A model generated the notes under the pieces. It was given only the letters and a program-made list of their open reading frames with translations, did not search any database and had not been told where the DNA came from. From contig OZ199839.1 of assembly GCA_964304625.1 (NCBI GenBank), forward strand, positions 9,965,201 to 10,029,200: 64,000 nucleotides of DNA, in the 5' to 3' direction. The DNA is from Kudoa neothunni (taxonomy: Eukaryota; Animalia; Cnidaria). The position numbers and the translations under genes are program-made. Each line of letters begins with the position of its first letter. The first letter of the stretch is position 1. Below are positions 42,206 through 57,399 of the stretch, piece after piece.

Positions 42206-44919
42206 CCTTACGCAATTATTACTCCTAAGATAAAATATTTTACAGAATAATTTTAATATTTTTGTAAATTATTATAAAACATAATTTAGTGATATATTAT
42301 TTATTCTATCTGTTGATGTTTGTATTTTATAGCGAATGCATAGATCTAATGATATTATCATTAGAATATCTTCCTTTTAATTACATAGATTCTTAAATTA
42401 ATTTAAACAAAATTTATATCTTGAATGTTCACAATAATTTTGTTATAATTTAAAAACAAATGACAGAAGTGTTATAATGGAACTATAATGTTCCCAAATA
42501 ATTATTAAAAAGTAATTTCATAATTTATATTTTATTAAATTAGAGAAAATAAATTCTAATTATGTCGTCTTAATAATAATAAGGAATTGTCTATTGTGTC
42601 TGACGCGCTTTTTCTCTTAAAATAACGATTCAGTTGTTATCATTTTTTCCAAAAAATAGTTTTTACTAATGTAGAACATAAATAATGTTCCATTTCTTTT
42701 TTAGTTAACAGTTAGGCATTCAAACGCATCGAGGATATTTTTGATTCTCGTATAAGTATCAATACAATATACTTCAAGTTTTCGATAAATCAATGCATAT
42801 TTCCTTAATAATGCTAAATGTATGTAGTATAGCGGCATATACGAGTAAAATGATCTTTAGAATACATCTGTAACGTTGATAATATCGAGTTCAATCATTA
42901 TGGAAGGAGAGTGATCAAACGCCACTTATGCAAAATATTACACCAGACATTGAGGTCGGTAATGCATTCCTGAATTTTGGAAAGGATAAAGAATCAATGG
43001 AAACGTACTAAAAGCCGATGCACTTTTGTTACTGGATCGGATATTATAGAAAATTTTAAACAATAGAAGGTATGTCAGTGATTAGTTAATTTATTTATCA
43101 AGCATGAGGACTGAGAGGGGGGATCAAGCAATTAGAGAGCTAGCAACTCAAACTGTTGAAAAATTAAACATTAACATAAATATAAGATATAACAAATCAT
43201 TAACGATACAAGCATCAAATATTATAGCAGTTGAAATAAGTAATTAATTCGGATCTTATTCCAATAGTTTTACATGTTTCTTCTACGTAAGTATGAAGTT
43301 ACCATGCAGACGTACTATCCCTACTAGAATAGAAATGAATATGAATTTACGTGACAAAAACCACCTGTAATTGGAAGAGGTACACGAATTATTACCTTTC
43401 ATTTATTAAAATTATCAAAGATATACATATTCATAATCATTTGTGTAATGTGCAGCCAGCAATAACAGAAAATTCGAGTCAATGTTCTAATCCGAATTCT
43501 CCATTTAGGTGATATAGGAAGCTAAAATTCTTTTCAATAAAATAGCATCACTAAGATATGGACAGAAGGACTTAATACGATTTATTAAACAAAATTGTGA
43601 ATGAATTAATCTCGCTTATATTCAATGGGATTCTTTGGATACAGTAGCTCATTTGTTCCACAGTTCATTATATCAACTTAATTTAGTTAAAATTATCGTC
43701 TAAATCTATTATCAGAAACAATCAAGAAATTTTCAGCTCCAAAATGTAATGAGAGTGCCTTTAGTAAAATTTTTATTTACACTTTGTTACTGAGGATCAA
43801 GAACGGAGAGGGCGGATATACAAGAAGCAGTTCAAGATAATAAAACCTCATAAATAACTGATATGTGAATCTTAGATATTGTGGGAGATTCTACCGTTAA
43901 ATATCCGTCTTTGATAGTTATATGAGTTTTTATCCATGTTGCGAAATTCACGAAATTAAAGGAATAAATTTGTCAACAATAATGAAGTTGAGAAGTAGAT
44001 CAAACGTTGCATTACAAACGATTATAGATTTAAGCATAAATTTTTGTTTACTATGTTGATATTAACATTGTAACGACAATGTCCATACATAGGATTCAGA
44101 CATAATTTTACGCGAAGTTACGCCGTACCATGTATTTTTCCATTAAAATATAGGAATATCCAATTTTTTTTAATTTTAAATGTTTTGTAAGTTATTCCGT
44201 GATAAATTTGTTTTATTGTAAGAATTTTAAAAACTAATCGGCCAAATAGTTATACTACACCATGATTTCATTTGGATTTTATTGATACAAATTAATAATG
44301 TTAAAGTACGTCCCTGAATTAGAGAAACAATATTTGTATTATGCATTTATTAAGGATATTTTTCGGAAAAATGATCACTACTGAATTATTATTTAATGGA
44401 AAACAGCGCGTCCGGCAAAATGGACACGGCCAGGAAGAATTCCCAAGCAAACAAATATTATCTGAAAACCTGCTTTAGAATATTTTAAAGTATTTAAATC
44501 ATTTTTTTATACATGATGATACTAAAAATATTATTTTGAATGCAGAAGAAGAGTTGATATTTAATATCATTTCATATAATGAGAGACAAATTAAAATAAC
44601 AAAAATTTTTTCTCGTACATAGTTAACTCGATTTGACACTTGTAACATATATCTATTTCCGGTGTCGAATGATACAGAATTTTTTGAATGAATCGATAGC
44701 AATAAAAAATGAATTTTTTGTTGATGCGTGTGCATTAAAGTGGGGGAATCGACTGTGACCAATTTTACGCACTCTTTTCTCGGTCCACGAAGAACTGCGT
44801 GAAACCGGTTACCTACTGTATCACTCAATTATAAATATGGTACATTAGAATAGCAGAAGGCCATTTAACTTTATTGATTAAAAAAATATGTTGAAAAAAT
44901 TGATGATTAAAAATAAATT

Positions 44920-46541
44920 ATATATTGGCAGTGACTATTCTCATGGAAACGAATAACTCCCCTTTATAGATGACGTTTCAATTCTGACATCAATTTTTAA
45001 TTTAGTTATTTTTAATCTAACTTTTAATGCAAAAAATATTTGAAAATTGAAAGAATAAAAATCCAACAATTTTTCTTCCTTATTTACATTGTTCAATAAG
45101 TACACTATCATTTTTGAACCTAATATTGTGTAATATGAACATTTCAGTTGAAATGAAATGTAAACATATCTAATGGTGGTTAGAAACTTTTAGTTTTATT
45201 ACGTCTCAACACACACAGCTTAACTTAGAATAAGTCATCTCCAATCATTTACAAAACATGCACGCTTCTATCTGAACATTTGTAAATATAAATATAATAA
45301 AATTGTTGTTAATTAAATGAATATTAATTGGATTCGAACTATTTCACATCACTGTAAACCATATTTCATGCATATCTATAAGATTATACCATTACATCGG
45401 GGAATGTTCGTTGTTTTGTACCTACAAATGTATTTACTTTAATCAAAAGTATGAGAAAGGTTTTTATGGTGCCTATTCGTGAATACAGAACCTATAAATA
45501 CAGGAATCTATGAGCTTAACTATACGAGTAAACCAATACATCTTAATTTAAACTCATTTATCAATTTTTAACGAGCAGTGTGATCCTGAATTTTCCGTAT
45601 TAATTCCTTTGGAATTTCTCAACGGGTAAATTTATAAAATGAAAATTTTTTAATAGTGATTTCTGGGATATCTTTTTTATGACTTTCCTAAAAAAAGCCA
45701 ACGAAGAAATGTAGTAAGTATTATAATAAACAATGTTGGAGTTAAAATAACGGTTAATTCGTCCTTGAGCATGTAGAGTTATTCTGAAAAATTTCATTTT
45801 AAAATTGCAAATATTTTCTTCCGGATACTGAGGAATGTGTAATTTTAATTGTTCAGAAAAATCAATTTTCACTCCAATGAAGATTGATCAACTTTACAGT
45901 AGCCATGGTTGTTTAGCCGTCCGCCCAAGAAATTTCTCCAAAATAACCACATTTTAAATTTTAACAATACAATAATATTTTTTAATAAACGGTATAATTT
46001 TGAGCAAATCAATTTAAATACGCTTCATAGGAAGCAATAACGACACCACTTTTCAGACTTATTCCATGCACTTGATATTTTATATCTTACAAAAGCTTTA
46101 ATTTCTCTTCTACAATTTAATGTAATATATAAACATATCCTTCAGATTTCAGTTATTTCAAAGTTCTATAAAACTTAGAAATAGTCTCACGAAATTGAAC
46201 GCCCAATAATCGAACATGATTCATGTGCATATTCCGACATGGTGGGTGATACAAGAATTCATGAACAGAACAGTTTCTACTTATTATTAAATATTTTTAC
46301 TTTTTGTTTCAACAAAAATTTTCATATTATACAATATTAGACATTAAAATGTGAATTTATTTATTGAACAGTGTAAATAGAGCAAACAGAGTGTTTAATT
46401 TCTATTCTTTAAATTTTCAAACAATTTTTTTATAAAAAATATGACTAAAAATATCTCAATTAAAATATAATGTCGGATGTGTAGTATCATCCATAATAGA
46501 GGAGTTAATCGTTTCTATGAGAATAGCCACAGTCATATATA
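44920..46541. mobile_element. Old element with long (~190 bp visible) imperfect inverted repeats, possibly Tc1/mariner-derived
   Basis: ATATATTGGCAGTGACTATTCTCATGGAAACGAATAACTCC (44920) is inverted at ~46500-46541. The similarity continues to TATTTACATTGTTCAATAA (~45080) versus ~46361-46379. True termini not found. Confidence 0.55.
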
Positions 46542-49084
46542 TTACTGAAAAATATTCCAAACAAAATAATTTTATACAGATTGCGACACTGAAACGTAAT
46601 TTACATTAAGATTTCTCAACTAAGGTTTTAATGAATTCCATCTGTCAAACAATGACGTGATTGTTATTTGGGCTTCAACAAAACGAGGGTCAAGTATTGA
46701 CTTCAAGGATCCCCGACCCTCGAAAATTCTCCAAACCCTCGAAATTTCGAGGGGATAGGGATTATCCTCTAGTCCGAAGAGAGTAAGTCAATGTATTAAC
46801 AAGATTGTGAGATTCGTTCACGGTGGATTTTTGTAATCAATGTTAGGAGAAATTTTTTCATCATAATTCATCAGTGCATTATTATTTTGAATAAACTATT
46901 ATATATCTATTAAAATATCAGCTAAACAACAGTACTGCAGCGTCTGTGTAGAACTTCGAGCGGTGTCGCATACAAAATCGGAAATAAAGTCGTTTCCTAC
47001 AATTCGTCTGTTATTTCATTTCTATTAAAAAAATTTTTAATTTTTAATCTTATCACAAAAAATTACATTTTATAGTTAATTTTAGCTCAAAAAGAAACAA
47101 CCTATAAACTGAAAATAAAACTTAAGTCGAGTAGTACTTTTGGATTCAACATGGAACCTCTGTTGTTTATAAATACGTCAAAAAAATATTATTTCTCTAT
47201 AATTTTAACAAATTTGAAGTCTTTGATTGTTCAATGAATTTTTATTTATCTTTATCTGTTAGTAAAAGTTTGTAAATTTTCAATCATGACTTTATATTTT
47301 AAAATCAGAACTTGCTGATTTATTCTATTCAAAATTAGAATGAAGATGTTTCAACTTAACTTTGGCGTAAACTTATATGTTTTGTAGTTAATAAATTTTT
47401 TTGGTTAGTTTATTCATGATTAACAACATTTTATAACTAAATTTTTTATTATATTTAGACAAGAAAATTTTTAATTTATTTTATTAAGTTATCTTTTTAT
47501 TTACATCCATTAATTAACTAAAAACAAAAATAGTAAATAATTATTTTTTAATAAAAATTAATTTAAAGTAGAATAATCGTCACAAATCTAAGTAAACCAT
47601 TTTTAAAAATTTTAAATTAAATCATTTATGAACATTTATAAGCCTAAATAATTAATTTATTATTTATCTCCATATTATAAAAATAGCGAAAAACCTATGA
47701 ATAAACATTTATTATCTAATTTTTGAATATAAACTGAAATATTACGTCATTTTATAATCTACTAAATATTTTTATATGGTTGGATGTTTAAAGCATTTTA
47801 AACTAACATAATTAATCTATTGAGATGTACTTTCTATCAAAATTTCTGTAAAAACTAGTAACAACCACAAAACGTTAACACCATGAAATCTCTAATCAAA
47901 TCTGTAATAATCCTCACTTCAACATATAATCACCCTCAATTTTTTAAAGGCCTAATTGTTATCATTAATCTGTTATTATATTACTTCAATAGCTATGATT
48001 TTGAGATTATTTGAGATTAAACTGGTCATTTTACACCAAATTATCGAATAAATAATTATTATTCGTTTAAAATAATATATCGAGCTTTAAAAAACTATAA
48101 TTTTTAATTAATTCTCTAATTTATTTGAAAAAAAATCGCGTTCATACGACCATAGGGGATAAAACTACTGTATTTTTTTAACGATAAATATTTCATTATA
48201 ATTATTTAAAAATAATTTGTTTATTTCATTCCCGATAATCCAATTCGGTAAATTTATCATATTTCATGGAATTTTTTAAATATCATAAACATCAAGGAAA
48301 GTGGCAATTAATTCCGATCATAATATCTAAATGATTGATATTGAGTGTTTGAAAATATTTTTCCTCTAAAAGTTGTAATGAGGAACCAAAAATAACCAAA
48401 TAGGGTCCAAACTTCACTCCACTAAATATTATGATCGGAGTTAATGTCCACTTCTTTTGGTGATTGGTGTGAGTAAGTTTTAAAAAAATTAAAAACAAAC
48501 TTAATGAATTCCAATATGAAAATATAATGCCCAATATATTAGAAGGAACCCACTATATTGATACAGAAAAAAATTTTTTTTGTATTAAAACATCGTTTGA
48601 GAATAGAACTAAAAATAATTTTTTGTAACGATGGTAAATGTGTTTTTGAAATTTAATTTACTTCCAAATTGTTGATTATTTAAAATACATTTTTCCACAA
48701 TAATAAAATAAGAAAATATATATTTTTAATAAAGTCATAATTCAGATTATAATATAAATTAAACACATTTCTTTATAAATATAACAATATTGGTAGTTTA
48801 ACGTAATATTGATTTGTTGAAAAAAAAATATTTTATTTTATTATTCAATCTAAATAATGATAATAACGATAATTGATTTTATTAATTAAACTTAGAATAT
48901 TTTTGTAATTTTGAAATACATTTATTAATAAAATTACAAATTTATTGATACATTAAATATTATGAGGATAAATATTCTCACACAGATTACAAATAGAATC
49001 TATTTTAAAAATAAAAACTATGAAATAAATAAACATAATATTCTTCGACTTGATGTATAATTAATATTATATAATTAATTTGAG

Positions 49085-51868
49085 TTAAATCTCATCATCA
49101 TTCCTAAAGAAATACCAAATTCCAGTTACGAGACATATAATTGCAAGAATTGGCAAAACCGTTGCGAGAATTATTATTCTAAATCAAATTTTATTAAAAT
49201 GAAAGATTTTATACTTTGTATTATTTCGAGCTCTAAACGATTATACAGTTTGTAAATAAATCATAAAATTAATTGACGGACCTTTGTGTCCCTTTTTCTA
49301 CATCAGATTCTAATACTCCAGGTACCACTAACACACCAAACATCAGTGAATGAAAATATAAAATAAAAATTTTACCTATTGTTTTAGTTCCATTAATATT
49401 TTGGTCTTTGATATAATAAACGGTTAAAGTGTAATTCTGAGGGCCTTCGATATTATTAATCAAGAAATTGGTACAATCGGGGACATTATCTCCACAATCT
49501 GTTCTATTATCTCTCGAACATTGCTTATATGTAATATTCCTTCCATCCTCAAGGTATGTTAGGATCCAATAGCATTTAGCTTCGGTCCCCTCCAGTAGTT
49601 TGGGAAGTACAGAAGTAACATTCGTAACATTTTTACTCCGTATTATTGATAACTTTATTCTAATTTCTATAATTTCAATTTACAATAAATTAAATAAATA
49701 ATATTTTAATCACCTTTCGAAATCTGTAAGCATTTTTCTTCAGTTAATTCTACACAAGGTTTGACACAAATAAAATAATCTTTAGACCGGTAATATTCAT
49801 CAATAAAATCAAATCCGTCACAAAATGGAGTTGTTAAGCATACACCTGGCATGTTCTTTTTATCGGTGGTGAAGTTAAATTTTCTTTCACTTTTTGGTAC
49901 AATGATATCTGTTTCATCAAGACATGTGTAAACCAGTTTAAAATCTTGAGAGTATTCAACAAAGATATTGTACACGCATTTGAATTTTGAAGCTGCTGCG
50001 TACGGGAATTTTCCGCGAATTCTTAATATCTCATCAATGTATTCGTACTGAAGTTGAAGCGAGCCATCAACTAAAAGTTTATATATAGTTATTTCATTCT
50101 TACAAGTAGTTTCGTGCAGTACTAGCAACCATGGTGTATTTGTAATCTCTATGAAAATTAATTTTGATTTTATATTGAATAATGGGAATAATATCCGTGA
50201 TTGTATATTCATCTGTGCATAATCCACGACAAGAATAGACATTGGCACATTTCGCCTCGTAGAACAAACTGCTTTCCTGCAGACTAATATAGAAGGCACA
50301 TGTATATTTTTGTTTATTTTCTGGACCATGAGCAAAAACCCCTTGTATATTCAACCCGCGTGGAACACTTTTTATGTTTAGAGAAAAATCTTCACTTTCA
50401 CTTTCTATGTTTGTGTCTGTAACGATTAAATATGATGACAATATTTTGTATAATACCTGTTACAAAGAAAATATTTTCAACATGGTGAACTAAATCATCA
50501 TTAACCAATTTGACGATTAATTGATATGATCTTGCTGATTGTAAATGTTTAACTTTTATCCGAGTACACAGTGTTTCGCAACCAACAAAGTATTTACATT
50601 CAACCTCCAAAAATAATGATCTTTGAAATGTATCAGCTTGATATAATTCTGTGACGCATCTATTGAACTGAAAACCTGTAATATTGTAATTTGGTTGATT
50701 AAACAGAGTTTTATCAAGAATAACGTATGAATATGTAATTTCACTAATTAAGCCAAATAAATAATTGCTTTGAGTTTGAAATACTAAAATAATAAGATTG
50801 AGAGGTGATAACAAAAAGAGATGTTTACCAAATTTTCTATCAATATATCCAGAATTGTTATCTATTAGATCGTGTTCTCTTGTTTTAATTAATATTTCTA
50901 CAACTTGATAGGGTTGCAGGTGTAGGTTAACATCTCTACAAGGTGCATAACATTCATCTACTTCAGCATTCCCACCACAATAGGATTTGTATTCTTTGGG
51001 CAGTTTTCCTTCTGAGGATATACCCCGTATACTAAAGTGACAAATATCGACAGAAAACGTATTTTTGAAGTTTAGAAAGTATCTTTCGTTTCCAGTTGAA
51101 TTCGAGTAAGTAACAATGTATTGTGGCCTATAAGCTTCTATATTTGACCTCATGAATAGGTTGGGCATGTAGTAATAATAATAAGGCTGGCCTGTACACC
51201 TCATTTCAATCCACGGTATGAGAAGGTTACTCTCGATTATATAATAAAATTCATCTCCATTCGGGTCATGTATATTCCTCATGCTCATTATATGTGATGC
51301 ACCCATCAAAAAAAGTTCACAGCCACCTTTTCGATAGGTTTTTGTCCTAACATAAAAATTATAGGTCCTATTTTGCATTACCACATGCGGCACAACCAGC
51401 CGACCTAAGTATTACATATTTACTTAAAATTAATTATAAATGAATAATACTTATTTGAAATCCCAATATATATTTTTTGGCTGGATTCAGATCATATGTA
51501 TACATTTCTTCCACAACTAAGGCATATAATTTCGCTTTAGATCGAAAATCATATTTTATAATTATTTCGTTGTCACATTTGAAGTAGCAATACTGTGGTC
51601 TTTGAGTATTTATTTTACGATTACATACATCCTTGTTTTTTAGTAGGATTTCAGGAATCAATAATGTAATAGAGCATTCGAAATTGTTATGCTTAGTATT
51701 CATGTTTTTCAAAATAAATTTTGTGATATTCGAATGAGGAGTAATATCATATTCATAGAATTGAGGATCCATAGCCAAACTACCGCCACATATTCCTATA
51801 ATAAAAACTAGAAGAAATTAATATCTTAAAAATGTATTTTATTCAATATTACTAAATATTATCAGCAT
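49085..51868 (-). CDS. Surface-protein paralogue E, 10 exons
   Basis: ATG at 51868 (MLIIF|IFIIGICGGSLA, signal-like). Six open domain exons, a short stalk exon (VVPGVLESDVEKGTQR), micro-exon 49232-49215 and a TM exon IIILATVLPILAIICLVTGIWYFF-RNDDEI*. Confidence 0.86.
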
Positions 51869-53019
51869 TAATTAATGTATAATTTATTTCAGTGGTCAAG
51901 GGAAAACTAGTATTATTAATGCAACACCTATAAACCCTTAAGCGTTCTTATTAAGCTTATAATAGTTAATCAGACTAATAAATAATAAAGATATCTATAT
52001 TTATAATTTTCATCTTAATTATATAAAACAGTATACAAAATTTTGTTTAGTATTAAAAGATACGAATATTAATAATTATGAGATAATAATTCAATTCTCT
52101 AATATAAATATAACGGTATTATTTTTATATAATTTATGAATAAATAGTATTAAGGAGAGTTTTCCTTTGGGAAAAAATAACTAATTTAACCTAATAATTT
52201 TTACATCTTTGTGTTTTGTATAATATTGGTTAAAAATGCCCTTAATAAATTAATTTTTATATGCTTAAACTTTTTTAAACAATTGAAGAGAAAAAATGTT
52301 ACTAACCAACAAAAATAATAAATATATTAAAAAATAAAAATTATTTTATTTATAGAAGGATAATTTAATACTTTAACTTATTAGGCTGTTAATATATAAA
52401 CTGTTATTATTTTCAGGATTCCCCTATGAATTAAAAAATATATAATATCCTCTGAGCTACAAGCTATCTCAATAGATTTAATGTTTCTAAGAATATATTT
52501 TATTAAATTTATTAATTTTAATTAAATTAATTATAGTTATATCAAATATCCTTTTTCTAGATTTTTTTTAAATTTAAAAATTTTCATGATGATAAAAATA
52601 TGTGACTTAGATCAGTCTCAATTTTAAAGAATTAAAAATGTTTTTAATTTAGAAAGAAATCGATAAACGTCTGCAAATTTTAATTAAAAATTTATTGGAG
52701 ACTAAAATTTTGAAACTCATGATAAGTTAATATTTTTTATCGAATCAATCTAATTTATATTGTCAATCATACTTAGGTTTTGATTTATTCTAACAATTTA
52801 TGGTGGTTATATCTATTGCAAAATGTCACGTTATTTAAATTACGCCAAATTAACAGACGATAATTCGTAGTTTTTGGAAGTTCTCTTCGTATCAGACATA
52901 TAAAATTCTTTTTGACCCTACGTATTTCTTAACTTTAGTTTTTGTGTGACATACCAATTTGTTTTCATTTTTTAATAATTTTAGATATTTACTTTTACTA
53001 TTAGGAATTTTATATTTAA

Positions 53020-56000
53020 CCCACCAAGTAAAAATGGGGTAGAAACCTACTCCAGATTTTTTCGATTAAAACAACTTAAAATTTAATGTTATTTAATTTT
53101 GAACAGTATTAGTAAATTCTATTGATTAAATTTTGGGTAAATCTAGAAACGCTACTATTAAGCCACATGTGCACATGCTCTTCTCTCGTTTTGTGATAGA
53201 CGCGTCGTCGTGAGTATTTACCTTTGGTAAGCATTCATTGATTTTACTTCATTATTAGATTACCACGAACTTTGAAGATACCAACAAAATTATAATTACA
53301 AACTTCAAAGCATTTTTACGTTTGATTTAGGAATTTTTAAGAAACTTAAATACTTTAAATTAAATGAGGTAAATAAAACTACGATATACTTCTACTGAAT
53401 TATCTGTAAAAAAAGTCGCTATGTTAAAATGTAACCTCACAATCATTCTTTTTTGTCGCACCAGATAGATTGGAATGTTCCGGTAATTTTATCCAACTAT
53501 TTCTGTAAGTGTGAAAGCTCTGGGACAGATCTACCATCAAAAATAACTTTCATTTTTTTTCGTATGAAAATTTCGAACATGTTTTAAAATCGTTATTATT
53601 TTACTGATTCAGACAGCGTTGTTACAGTAAAAGAAACAAAAATTAATGACTTACTCAGTAAATTGTATTGCTCCGTGTTTTAACAAATAAAATAATTTTT
53701 TTATTAATTTGAGAATGATCAAGCAGCATAAAAGTTGTTTAAACATGTGTATAAAATTTTTATTTTTGAATATCGAATAGAAAGGTCGCGAGATTCAGCA
53801 GAGTCTGCTACCATTAGCCAATAAACCGCCATGCGACACGTGCTAGTTTCGTGCACGCCCCTAAAATTAATAAGACGGCCTGGAGGCAGTGCTTATGCTA
53901 TCGAAAAATTATCAAAATTTTACTATTTTATACAAAACATGCAAATTAATCAATATAACAATACTGATTTAATGTGAAACTAATGTTTTTAAAAAAATTT
54001 TTTTCGTTCTATACCCACCAAAGTTTGCACTGCATACCTTTCACAGACGTGACGTCGCATGTCTGTTATGTGTGCAATGAGTTCGTGAAATACAGTGGAA
54101 GTTGTTTAGATTCGACTCATCGGACACTTATTATTACCTATTAACGAAGAATCATCAGATAAATGCAATTTGGATATAAATCTTCCAGTCGATTGTCTTA
54201 TTGACAAGAATGGAACATTTTAGGAGGCTGGGACTCCATTACCTACTCAAACATCAACTAAAAACTCCTTGTATAATATAATTGTTTCGGTTTCGCCTAT
54301 TTCATAAGATAGAATATTAACTCAATGGTGGAAACATTTCGGTCATTCTGTAATCAACAAGTGTACGGCATGAAAACTGCCCATAAATGTGATGTTTACC
54401 TAGTTTTTTCTTGTAAACAACATTTTTTGATAAATGACACCGTTTACTCGTTATTTTTGTTACGTTTTTGTGTAAATATTGCATATATTAGTGCGTAATA
54501 AACCTTTAAAAATTCTTTTACATTAAAAGACCATTTTTAAGTAAAAAAGAGAGTTTTACTGCAGATAAAACAAGAGCGTACGGCGAAAAATCATAAATAA
54601 GCAAGTAGGTGTGCGTGTGGAATAATGGCTTAACCCTTTCGTGCCCAAAGGTCACCCTAGGGAACAATTGATCATTATGTTCATGACTTTTTAATTATAG
54701 AGAGTTTACAACAGTTTATATGTTTTATAAAATTTGGGGATTTCTTCTATGTTAAAGTATGATAAAACATAAGTTCTTGAAAAAGCATTATATTTTTATT
54801 ACAGCTTACTTTTATAAAATAATGATTGGCAAAGTCATATTTTTGTTGACTTATTACACTATCATTATTAGAGATATTGAAATATAAAAAAATTAAATTT
54901 ATATAACAGCGTAAATATTTATTTTTCAACCATTACATTAAAATTTCAATATGCAACAAATAAATATAAAAAAAATATACGTGTTCCCCAGGATGACCTT
55001 TGGGTACGTGCGCTGATTTTTTTTAACAAAAATGGATCGCAACTTTAACGATACCAAGTTGAATGATAGTCACATTCTAACCGAAATGATTGTTCTTCCA
55101 GACGCCGACTTGTAAGATCCTGACACGGTTTCTGATGATGAGGTTATGTGTTCTACAAACTTTGATGTTGATTTTGAGTGTGATGATGATAACGCAAACA
55201 ATAAATGGACATGTGAAGGACCCTGACCCTCTGTTACGTGCGATATCGTTACGGTTGATGAACTTGAAGATGTGGAGGAGTTGTTTTCTCCAATCGATTA
55301 TTTCAAATTCTTTTTTAGCGAAGCATTGATCGAAATGATTACAAACGAAACTAATGTTTATGTAGTTCAATGTGGTATTAATTTTCTAACAGATATGGAT
55401 GAAATTCAAAAGTTTCTTGGTGTAATTAGGTTGATAGGAATTGTAAGAATGTCGCGTTATCGCTGCTATTGGAGCGGATCATTTGATTACCCCCATGTTT
55501 CGAACGTCTTCTCAAGAAATCGTTTTGATATAATCTCAAGATTGCTTCATTTTATCCATAATGAGAGTATAACAAATGATCAAGTATCACCCAATTATGA
55601 TCGATTCGCTAAAATCCGACCCTTCTTGGAATACCTACGGTCCGCGTTGTTAAAAGTTAAACACGAAGTTTATCATTCAGTTGATGAGCAAATGATACTT
55701 TTCAAAGGGAAGTACAAAGCCAAACAATACCTTCCTAAGAAACAAACTAAATAGGGGTTTAAAGTATTTGCAAGAAGCAGAACTATTGGTATGATGTATG
55801 ATGGAAAAGCTCCAGAGGTTGATAATTCATGTGGTCAGGTTTCTGGTGATTTTGTGATCAAATTGTGCAAGACTCTTCCAAGTCGCAAAACATTTTTCGT
55901 GTATTTTAATAAGTTATTCACCTCTTTTCCCTTGAAAAAAATTTAAAAGAGCGCGATATCTACTCCGTCGGAACGATAAGAAGAAATTGAATCGGAAATT

Positions 56001-57043
56001 GTCCATTAACACCTCTAAATCAATTTGGCAAAAAAGGTCGTAGGTCACACGAAAGTTTCCAAGATAATACAAACGGAATAGTGGTAACCCAATACTATGA
56101 TAACTCTGTAGTTACACTTTCTTACACACATTCTTCTTCAGAACCAGTTGGAACAATAAAGAGATTTGACAGGCGTACAAAAAGAATGATTACTATTGAA
56201 TGCCTAATGTTGTGCCGAAGTACAACATAAATATGGGTGGGGTAGACCTATCAGATATGTTGATGGTGTTATATAACCAAAACCACAAGTTACGTAAATT
56301 TTATACGAAGATATTCTTTTATGGTTGTTACATCGCCGTAATTCCAAAATCAGAAAAATTTCCAATAATGAATTAATGGATCTGTTTTTTTACACAGTCA
56401 ATCAGTGAACATTTAATTCATTTAAAGAATCAAATTTAGCAACAAAGCGTGGACATCCTTTCTATGACATATTAAGGAATACAGAGTCAGTAAGTTATTC
56501 TACTCAGAATAGAATTAACAACTTATCTTAATCGATAATATCTGACAATGTCGGTCATTACCCCGAAATGTTAGACAAAATAAGCAGATGTTGATTATGC
56601 AAAAGAAAGACACAATTTGTGTGTTTAAAATGCAATACCTTATGTTGCTTGCATAGTAAAGGAAAGGAATTGTATCTATTATTTTCATAATGAATAAAAC
56701 TATATTACTGCGTAACAATCTATTTTGAGCCACGATTATTGTTTAAATTTTTTTTTGCACGGGTACCCACGATGGAATATGTAAAAAATTTGCATTTAAA
56801 CATTTTATTTAAATTTAAAATTTTTACAGGTAAGATAAAAAAAGTTAATCTTATTAAATGTAATTTTTTAAACTCTAAATAAAAATTTGGGCATGAAACG
56901 GTTAATCATTATTTTTTTTATTTACTCTAAACCTAACCTATAGAATTTATTAAAGCTATTCGAGATTATATAACTTTATATTTTAAACAATTTTGTTCAA
57001 AAAAAATGGGGTAGATTTCTATACCATTTTCACTTAGAAAGTA
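53020..57043. mobile_element. Outer non-autonomous piggyBac-like element (same family as 13672) enclosing the 54634 piggyBac
   Basis: TTAA|CCCACCAAGTAAAAATGGGGTAGAAACCTAC at the left. A degenerate inversion GGGGTAGATTTCTATACCATTTTCACTTAG lies at ~57008-57037. The right boundary is uncertain because another GAGGGTTAA occurs at 57062-57070. Confidence 0.45.
54634..56901 (+). mobile_element. Full-length piggyBac transposon with pseudogenised PGBD-type transposase (~55032-56690)
   Basis: TTAA|CCCTTTCGTGCCCAAA ... TTTGGGCATGAAACGG|TTAA, with an internal inverted copy of the left subterminal at ~54982-55007. Motifs include SPIDYFKFFF, SRNRF, SVDEQMILFKG...QYLPKK.TK*GFKVF, YNINMGGVDLSD and a C-terminal Cys-rich remnant. 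Multiple stops and frameshifts. Confidence 0.92.
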
Positions 57044-57399
57044 TAAATTATCATGGAACTTGAGGGTTAATAAAATATCTTTAATAAAAATTTTATGTAT
57101 ACACTTAAATTATTTAAAATAAACAGAGAATTATATTAATACATTACAAAAAAGAAACGGGTTCTTTATTATGTACAATGAAAAATGAAGTATAATTTGT
57201 TTAATTTAATTTAATTTAAATTAATTAAAATAAATTTAATTAATTCGTAATTTTAATAAGTTTTATAAATATTCCTATGGGAATTTTTTTAACCCAACTT
57301 AAATAATCCTAAAACTAATAATATTGACTTCCAATACAAATCTACACTATATCAAAGACACGAATGTATAATTGTATAAACTCCCACTTGTCAGCAGAT

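Noticed and set aside
40958-42233. ORFs 40958-41194, 41733-41942 and 41943-42233
   Set aside because: These are alternative frames of Kunitz exons. The Cys-patterned frame is different.
42640-43970. Slightly GC-richer tract resembling a decayed transposase (QASNIIAV, hAT-like)
   Set aside because: Too degraded, with no ordered motifs, TIRs or TSD.
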